Virus record (IMG/VR): IMGVR_UViG_3300031918_000015
Span: 55,890 to 75,889 of that record
From: an uncultured virus (IMG/VR IMGVR_UViG_3300031918_000015)
Taxonomy: Duplodnaviria > Heunggongvirae > Uroviricota > Caudoviricetes
Length of the DNA: 20,000 nucleotides
Strand: one strand, 5' to 3'
Shown here one piece after another: positions 14,154 through 20,000 of the stretch. Below the pieces are notes generated by a model. The model ran no database searches and was not told where the DNA came from. It worked only from the letters and a program-made list of their open reading frames with translations. A program made the translations under genes and the position numbers. The stretch's first letter is position 1; each line of letters begins with the position of its first letter.

Positions 14154-15146
14154 ATGGAGAAAGAAAAAATTAAAAAACTGTTTGAAAAATCTATAGGAGA
14201 GAATCACTTTAAAGAAATGATTATAACACAATTGTATTCTTGGGAATTGGTTTTAGAAAGGAAGAAATTAGCTGAAAAGACTATTGAAAGAAAAATTAAA
14301 AATATTTTAGACTTCTATGTATATCTTGATAGATCAAGATTAGGAGATAAAAAGAAAAGAATCAGAGCCATAGACATAAATAAACTTTGTTTTGAGTTTG
14401 TATGCGATGGAATGTACAATAATGATAATATAGAAAATGAGGGAACTAAAAGTTATCGTGAAAATATTTATTTTAATGTCATGGGTGGTATGAACTACAT
14501 ATTTGAGAATTACTTTGATAATATTCCAGAAATAATTAAACCATTAACAGATGAACAAAAAGAAGTTTTACAGGAAGTATCTAAAAATAAATTTTATAAG
14601 TGTACAAGTTTTAAAGATGAAGATAAAGAAAGTTTTTATGATAGTTTACAAGTTAAAATAATTGAAGAACTAGGTATAAAAGTGTATTTTGATGAAGGCA
14701 ATTTACCATATGTTTTGAGTCATGAATTAGGACAACTTATAAACGTAGAACCCAAACATATTAGAGAAAAAATAAAGAAATTGAATGAGTTTTTGGAGTG
14801 TCGAAGTCTCGACCGTCCTTTAAAACATAGTAATTTCAACACTTTAGAAGATACATATATAAATTCTCAAAATAAAAAACAAGTTACAAGTAGAATATAT
14901 AAAGATATGTTATTTTTCTATTTAATGGATTTATCAGCACAAGGAAATAAGAAAAATGATTTGTTAGAATTTAAACTTAAATACATAGATGCTTTTAACT
15001 ATATAGAAAAAGAATACAATAGATTACTAATAGAAAATGCACAACTAAAAGAATCATTCTACAATATGTATAATGAAGTTAGAAAAAGAAATAGAGATTT
15101 ATTAGTAGCAGATAATAATAAAAGAGCCAAGAAGAAAGCTTGTTAA
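14154..15146 (+). CDS. Rha-family phage regulatory protein with an extra N-terminal domain
   Basis: C-terminal half 'VLSHELGQLINVEPKHIREKI...EDTYINSQNKK...EFKLKYIDAFNYIE' matches the Rha pattern. Confidence 0.75.
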   Translation: MEKEKIKKLFEKSIGENHFKEMIITQLYSWELVLERKKLAEKTIERKIKNILDFYVYLDRSRLGDKKKRIRAIDINKLCFEFVCDGMYNNDNIENEGTKSYRENIYFNVMGGMNYIFENYFDNIPEIIKPLTDEQKEVLQEVSKNKFYKCTSFKDEDKESFYDSLQVKIIEELGIKVYFDEGNLPYVLSHELGQLINVEPKHIREKIKKLNEFLECRSLDRPLKHSNFNTLEDTYINSQNKKQVTSRIYKDMLFFYLMDLSAQGNKKNDLLEFKLKYIDAFNYIEKEYNRLLIENAQLKESFYNMYNEVRKRNRDLLVADNNKRAKKKAC

Positions 15147-15187
15147 TACATAATAAATTAATATAATAAAAGAAAGGAACGAATAAA

Positions 15188-16807
15188 ATGAAATATAACT
15201 TTAAATTAAAAAGCTTAAAATATTGCAATGTAGAAAACACAATATCTAAAGATAGTGTTCTTGTATTTAAGGACATAGATGAAGTTGTGAATTATGTAAA
15301 AAATAGAAATTTATATTTTTCCGAGGATAGATTATATTATGGTGACTATTTTTTAGACATAGATTTTACAACAGATGAAAAAGACCTTATAAAATATATT
15401 AAATATTATATTGAAGATATTGAAAAATTTGAAGAATCAAAGGAGATTGATGTAAAAATGAAAAAAGAATTTAGATTATTTGAATGGCAAGCAGACATTG
15501 TGAGAGATGACTCAAAAATAATAATGGCTAATATAAGTCGACAAGGTAGCAAAACTTTCCTATTAGCTAATAAAGTAATGTATGAGAAACCAAAGACAGT
15601 CTTATACATAAATAGTAATATGGGGCAATTAAGAATCTTAAAAGACCATTTTGAAGAAATATTTGCTTTGGATGATACTATAAGAGAATCAATTAGGTAT
15701 TATAATTTCTCTAGAAAGAAATTGTTTATTGAATTTGATACAGGGGAAACGATAACTATATGTGATAAAGATGAAAGATTTGATGAAGATGAAATAATTG
15801 ACATGGTTTTGTTTGACGATGGATTACCTCAATTAGATATTAAGGCTAAAAAGTATGTATCAGTATTTACCATTAAACATCCTATAATGAATTTGTTCAA
15901 TTGCAGAAAAGATATTAGTTATCATGTAATAGGAATTAAGAAGCTTATAGAATCTGGTTATTTAACTAGAGAACAAATAGTAGATACTAAGAAACACATT
16001 GGAGATTTAATGTTTGACAAGGAATTCGACCTTTGTAATGAATATAAGGAGATGTTTGATGAAAAACCAATTAGAGGTCAAAGGAGAAATGCTAATTTAT
16101 ATGAAGAAAGTGCTGGTGATATAAATTTCACTAATACTATTGATTTTAAAGGTGCAATAATGCAAGAACAAAAAGTAAAAAATAAAAGGGTAAAAGAATA
16201 TAATGATATAATAAAAGAAAATTTACAAAATATTAAAGACTTATTTATATCTGAAGAGTTTAAAGTAACTACTCAAAGAAAAACCAATAGAAGTTTTAGC
16301 CTAATAGTAATTAAAGAAACTGAGACAATGAAGATAGAACGAAAATTTAATTGTTTCAATGAATTAGAAAAAATAATGACAATCAATAAAGGAGAAGTAG
16401 ATTTAAAATCATTTGTAGAAAACAAATTAAAGGATTTTATAGTAAGAAAAGCGTTAGAATACGATTTAAAATTAAAGTATAACAATGTTATATTAATAGT
16501 AACTAAAAATGATAATATAAAAGAAATATTTGAGGATATTTCATGTAGATGTCAATTTGATAAATCAACAATAGATGCTAGTAATTATAGTTATGCAACT
16601 GCTACATTAACTTATAGTGGAGCTAAGATAAAAATAAGGAAATTTGATGATAAATTTACAAGACGTAATTTAGGTTGTACAGGTAGAGTTGTTTTGTGTT
16701 ATGGTGATTTTACAGAAGATGAAATCAATACTATCTTAACACCTATGAGTATAGAGACTGGGAAAGTACAAAGATTTATCATAGGAATGGATATGTTTGA
16801 ATTATAA
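15188..16807 (+). CDS. Multidomain protein with a degenerate terminase large subunit-like P-loop ATPase region
   Basis: 'LFEWQ' (Q motif), 'ISRQGSKT' (Walker A-like), 'MVLFDD' (Walker B-like), 'MFDKEFDLC' (like terminase F.QEy.c); no recognisable nuclease domain. Confidence 0.55.
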   Translation: MKYNFKLKSLKYCNVENTISKDSVLVFKDIDEVVNYVKNRNLYFSEDRLYYGDYFLDIDFTTDEKDLIKYIKYYIEDIEKFEESKEIDVKMKKEFRLFEWQADIVRDDSKIIMANISRQGSKTFLLANKVMYEKPKTVLYINSNMGQLRILKDHFEEIFALDDTIRESIRYYNFSRKKLFIEFDTGETITICDKDERFDEDEIIDMVLFDDGLPQLDIKAKKYVSVFTIKHPIMNLFNCRKDISYHVIGIKKLIESGYLTREQIVDTKKHIGDLMFDKEFDLCNEYKEMFDEKPIRGQRRNANLYEESAGDINFTNTIDFKGAIMQEQKVKNKRVKEYNDIIKENLQNIKDLFISEEFKVTTQRKTNRSFSLIVIKETETMKIERKFNCFNELEKIMTINKGEVDLKSFVENKLKDFIVRKALEYDLKLKYNNVILIVTKNDNIKEIFEDISCRCQFDKSTIDASNYSYATATLTYSGAKIKIRKFDDKFTRRNLGCTGRVVLCYGDFTEDEINTILTPMSIETGKVQRFIIGMDMFEL

Positions 16808-16845
16808 AATAAATTAATATAACAAATATAAAGGAGATTAAAAGT

Positions 16846-17256
16846 ATGTTAGATAAAAAATTAAGAGAAAAATTATGGGTTTTAATTGAAGAATCAAAGA
16901 AGAATGCTAACTTTAAATCAGCTAAACAATGTGAAAACTTATGTAAATTACTAAATGAAAATTGTAAAATAAGAGATACTATGGATTGGCTTATGATGGA
17001 ATTTTCTGAAATAATGAATGAGTTTATAAGTGATAAAGAATTTAAATTATTATATAAAGAAAATATGGGATTTGTAAACAAAGATAAGGATTTAGATTTT
17101 ATTTCATGGGTAGTTTTACAAGGAAAAGAATTATATGATGATTACTTTACAAGAGGATTCATTGCTATACATTTATACATAAGTGATAATAAAATAGATG
17201 TGTCAGATTATGAATATGAATCTATGATGGATGCTTTTCATTGGATTGAGAAATAA
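16846..17256 (+). CDS. DUF4240-like hypothetical protein
   Basis: 'LWVLIEES' at the N-terminus, 'DFISWVVLQGKELYD' and 'YE' resemble DUF4240 motifs. Confidence 0.55.
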   Translation: MLDKKLREKLWVLIEESKKNANFKSAKQCENLCKLLNENCKIRDTMDWLMMEFSEIMNEFISDKEFKLLYKENMGFVNKDKDLDFISWVVLQGKELYDDYFTRGFIAIHLYISDNKIDVSDYEYESMMDAFHWIEK

Positions 17257-17274
17257 ATTAAATAATAAAAATTA

Positions 17275-17305
17275 AAAACGGGGGAACATTAGATTTCCCT
17301 GTTTT
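17275..17305 (+). terminator. Hairpin, possible terminator
   Basis: AAAACGGGGGAA...TTCCCTGTTTT. Confidence 0.55.
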
Positions 17306-17325
17306 AATAAGAAAGAAGGATTAAT

Positions 17326-17850
17326 ATGGAAGATAAACAATTATATTATATAAAAAGAATAAATGACTATATAAAAGAAAATAAAATTAATAAAACACAA
17401 TTTGCTAAATTAATAAATAAAAACCCTTCACAATTAAGTAATTTTTTAAATAATGATTATAGGTGTATGGAAAATTATAGAATATACCAAGATATTATGA
17501 GATTTGTTAGGGACTATGACTATAAAACTAATAGAAAAAATAATTTAGAAAAATACGGATTAGAGATATCTAATGGTACAATATATGATATAAAAATGCT
17601 ATGCGAGAATATCAATAAAAGTTTATCTGAGAATAGTAATAAAGTTCATATATTTATAGAAGATGAAAACTGGAGTGAAAATGATGACGCACTAAAATAT
17701 ATTGAGAAATATGATATCAATTTTAAAGTTAGTAATCGAAATAAAATGGGTATATGTACGGATTCCGATAGGAACGTAACCATTGATTTAGATTGGATTG
17801 ATAATGATAAGGTTAAGCAATTATTAGAGGATGTAAAAATATTTGATTAA
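17326..17850 (+). CDS. XRE/Cro-like HTH DNA-binding protein
   Basis: 'RINDYIKENKINKTQFAKLINKNPSQLSNFLNN' is a typical XRE HTH. Confidence 0.7.
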   Translation: MEDKQLYYIKRINDYIKENKINKTQFAKLINKNPSQLSNFLNNDYRCMENYRIYQDIMRFVRDYDYKTNRKNNLEKYGLEISNGTIYDIKMLCENINKSLSENSNKVHIFIEDENWSENDDALKYIEKYDINFKVSNRNKMGICTDSDRNVTIDLDWIDNDKVKQLLEDVKIFD

Positions 17851-17872
17851 AACTGAAAGGATATTATGAAGA

Positions 17873-18304
17873 ATGAATATAAAAGAATTATATGAAAGAG
17901 ATAAAGAATATTTTAATAAATTGGTTAAGTCATATTTAAACGAAGGATTAAGCTATAAAGATGCCTATGAAAGTGCTTGTTATAGTTGTGAAGGAGAATC
18001 CTATGATATAATTAAAGATAAAAACGCCAGTGTGGATTATTTGATTACTACAATAAAAGAAGAGTACAAAGATATTCAACGAGAAAAAGGATTATATGAA
18101 GAAGTTTATCCTTTTGTAAATATGAGTGTTTATAATAATAAAAATAAATTGATTAAGAAATATAAACATACTTATGAAGGATACATGAATTTTTTAATAG
18201 GTTTAAAATTACAAAAAATTAAACAAGTAAAATGCTTATATATAATGTATAAAACAGAATATTCTGGTTGCACTACTGAAAGATGGTATGAGATTTATTT
18301 ATAA
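17873..18304 (+). CDS. Hypothetical protein
   Basis: 143-aa ORF, AAAGGA RBS. Confidence 0.75.
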   Translation: MNIKELYERDKEYFNKLVKSYLNEGLSYKDAYESACYSCEGESYDIIKDKNASVDYLITTIKEEYKDIQREKGLYEEVYPFVNMSVYNNKNKLIKKYKHTYEGYMNFLIGLKLQKIKQVKCLYIMYKTEYSGCTTERWYEIYL

Positions 18305-18397
18305 AAATAAATTAATATAAAATACTTTTAATAATAGGTATATTCTTTCAAATTAATGGTATAATAGTAATATAATATTTTGAAAGGTGTGTTGAGA

Positions 18398-18877
18398 ATG
18401 TTAAAAATATTAAATGGTTATAGTTGGTTGGAAGAAGAAATAGGTGAAGAAACATTAGAAATAAAGAAATGCTTAGAAAAAGGTTTGTTAAAGTATACAG
18501 ATGATAAAGATAGACCTCAATTTATAGCATTAGAAAGTAACATTGATGCAGTCAAAGAGATTTTAGGTGAGGACTATAATAAACTAAAAGAAAAAGACTT
18601 TATAGAGTGGTTAAATTATGATTTTGGGGATGTTTATGAAAATCTAAAAATTGAAAATAATTGGAGAGATGAAATACTCATACCTATGAATAGAATTTTA
18701 ACAATGATTGAAGACGAAGAATCAGAATGGTTTTCTGATGATATAAAATTAGAGATATATAATTCAGAACAACCTAATAACAAAGTGTTTGAATATTTAA
18801 ATGATTTTGGTAGAGAACAGGCAAGAATGCAAATACAAGATTTGTTAGATAATATTGATGAACAAGAATTTAAATAA
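18398..18877 (+). CDS. Acidic hypothetical protein
   Basis: GAAAGGTG RBS favours ATG 18398; extended -10 TG-n-TATAAT at 18357-18365. Confidence 0.75.
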   Translation: MLKILNGYSWLEEEIGEETLEIKKCLEKGLLKYTDDKDRPQFIALESNIDAVKEILGEDYNKLKEKDFIEWLNYDFGDVYENLKIENNWRDEILIPMNRILTMIEDEESEWFSDDIKLEIYNSEQPNNKVFEYLNDFGREQARMQIQDLLDNIDEQEFK

Positions 18878-18893
18878 GCAATGAGGTATTAAT

Positions 18894-19625
18894 ATGAGTT
18901 GGGTTAAAGCTTTAAATGAAACTGATAAACAATTTTGTGATGAATGTGCTAATATAACAATAACTTCAACATATCTAATGGAAGAAACAATAAAGGAAAA
19001 TATAGGTATTTTCCAAGCATTATTAATAAGGTTTTCTAAGGATAGGAATATGACAGTAGACGATATAACTAAAGATTTTGATAAATGTTTTGATATTATG
19101 AAATATTTATATATAACAAGTTCAAAAAGATTTCATTTGCTATATGACTGTTATATGGAGGAACTTAGAAGAATATTAAAAAGTAGTAATATACAAAATT
19201 TTAATATAGCTGATAAAAGAATTAAGGTATCACAAATAAAAGCTACTAATATCTTTAAACAATCTATGTCAGAATTAAAAACATTAGGAGATAATCTTAT
19301 AAAAGATTGCATAGATTTTCAAAATGGATTTTTCAATGTTGATGAATTGGAAGAAAACAATGAGAATATGTCTAATGATATTATTGAAAATGTAAATAAA
19401 GATTTTGAGAAAGCTAAAAATAAGTATAATAAAATATTTAAGCAAAGAGATTTAATTAAATATTTAGAAGATAATGGTTATGAATATAAAAATACTGGAA
19501 GACATGCTAATTATACAGATGGAGTAAATACGATTCCTGTGCCAATACATGGCTCTAAGGATCTAGGATATGGATTGCAAAGAAAAATTCAAAAAGAAGT
19601 TGTAGCCCATAAAAATATGTTATAA
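18894..19625 (+). CDS. Protein with a C-terminal HicA-like mRNA interferase domain
   Basis: 'KQRDLIKYLEDNGYEYKNTGRHANYTDGVNTIPVPIHGSKDLGYGLQRKIQKEV' matches HicA (G-x-H, VP.H, DL..G). Confidence 0.8.
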   Translation: MSWVKALNETDKQFCDECANITITSTYLMEETIKENIGIFQALLIRFSKDRNMTVDDITKDFDKCFDIMKYLYITSSKRFHLLYDCYMEELRRILKSSNIQNFNIADKRIKVSQIKATNIFKQSMSELKTLGDNLIKDCIDFQNGFFNVDELEENNENMSNDIIENVNKDFEKAKNKYNKIFKQRDLIKYLEDNGYEYKNTGRHANYTDGVNTIPVPIHGSKDLGYGLQRKIQKEVVAHKNML

Positions 19626-19658
19626 TATTTAATATTAATTTGAAAGGTGTGTTATTTT

Positions 19659-19856
19659 ATGACTATAGAAGATATTTTATTCCGTATAGACAAATCAATA
19701 GAAGAACACGAAAGAGATATAGAAAAGAAGAAAAATGAATCTGGAGACAATTATGGAATGTCTATATTTATTAGAACATTGTCAATTGAACAATATAAAG
19801 GCATGATTTATGCGTATGAAAATTTAAAAAATGCAATATTAAAAGATAAGGATTAA
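19659..19856 (+). CDS. Small hypothetical protein
   Basis: GAAAGGTG RBS favours ATG 19659. Confidence 0.7.
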   Translation: MTIEDILFRIDKSIEEHERDIEKKKNESGDNYGMSIFIRTLSIEQYKGMIYAYENLKNAILKDKD

Positions 19857-19887
19857 TAGAAGAAGGTTAATTAACCTTCTTCTATTA
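19854..19887. repeat. Perfect 34-bp palindrome
   Basis: TAATAGAAGAAGGTTAA|TTAACCTTCTTCTATTA. Confidence 0.9.
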
Positions 19888-19933
19888 TAATGACAAATTA
19901 ATTCAATTAAAACTTATATTTTAAAAGGTCTTA

Positions 19934-19982
19934 AATCTATATATTGTGGTTTGCCTTATACTGGACATACTATATATAGTGG
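19934..19982. promoter_or_regulatory. Tandem NrdR boxes
   Basis: AATCTATATATTGTGG (19934-19949) and ATACTATATATAGTGG (19967-19982), 33 bp apart, match consensus acaCwAtATaTwGtg. Confidence 0.7.
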
Positions 19983-20000
19983 TTTTACAAATCATAATAA

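Noticed and set aside
15188..16807. Calling this the functional terminase large subunit (terL)
   Set aside because: Walker motifs are degenerate, no nuclease domain is evident and there are no packaging or structural genes nearby.
1102..17081. Minus-strand ORFs in the track (1102-1458, 1948-2265, 6308-6577, 7223-7621, 8006-8206, 8805-9062, 11009-11275, 11759-11956, 12802-12987, 13104-13289, 15079-15276, 15406-15609, 16273-16485, 16779-17081)
   Set aside because: They overlap well-supported + strand genes, show no evident RBS, and have the I/L/S/F-rich composition typical of antisense shadows of AT-rich genes.
1..20000. tRNA, rRNA, IS element, integrase or att site
   Set aside because: No cloverleaf, rRNA-like segment, transposase or recombinase ORF was seen in this window.

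Overview
Very AT-rich window of about 30 short-to-medium genes, all on the + strand, with Firmicutes-type RBSs (AAGGAG/GAGGTG), near-consensus sigma-A promoters and intrinsic terminators. It looks like the early/accessory region of a large temperate Clostridium-type phage or prophage; the SPbeta/c-st-like assignment is my inference. Recognisable families are a Bro-N protein, a P22_AR_N+ORF6C antirepressor, a Rha-domain protein, an LPD29 polyvalent protein, DUF1385, a tandem ParB-N-like protein, a degenerate terminase-like ATPase, a DUF4240-like protein, an XRE-HTH protein and a HicA-domain fusion. The non-coding DNA is the most informative part. (1) A complete type I hammerhead ribozyme with the compensatory U3:A8 core lies at 12234-12291, and its downstream ~60-nt leader recurs right after a promoter at ~9316. 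(2) A ~15-bp motif (TTCTATTAATTTRTT / AAYAAATTAATAGAA) brackets most promoters, often as an inverted pair. (3) A 14-bp palindromic operator sits in two promoters whose genes share a domain. (4) There are seven intergenic TAAAA-N6-TTTTA sites. (5) There is a promoter-to-terminator sRNA on the minus strand. (6) A duplicated ~50-nt switch-like hairpin precedes two antirepressor-family genes. (7) Tandem NrdR boxes lie at the right edge. Two genes carry single in-frame TAA stops. All family calls come from motif recognition by eye; no searches were run.
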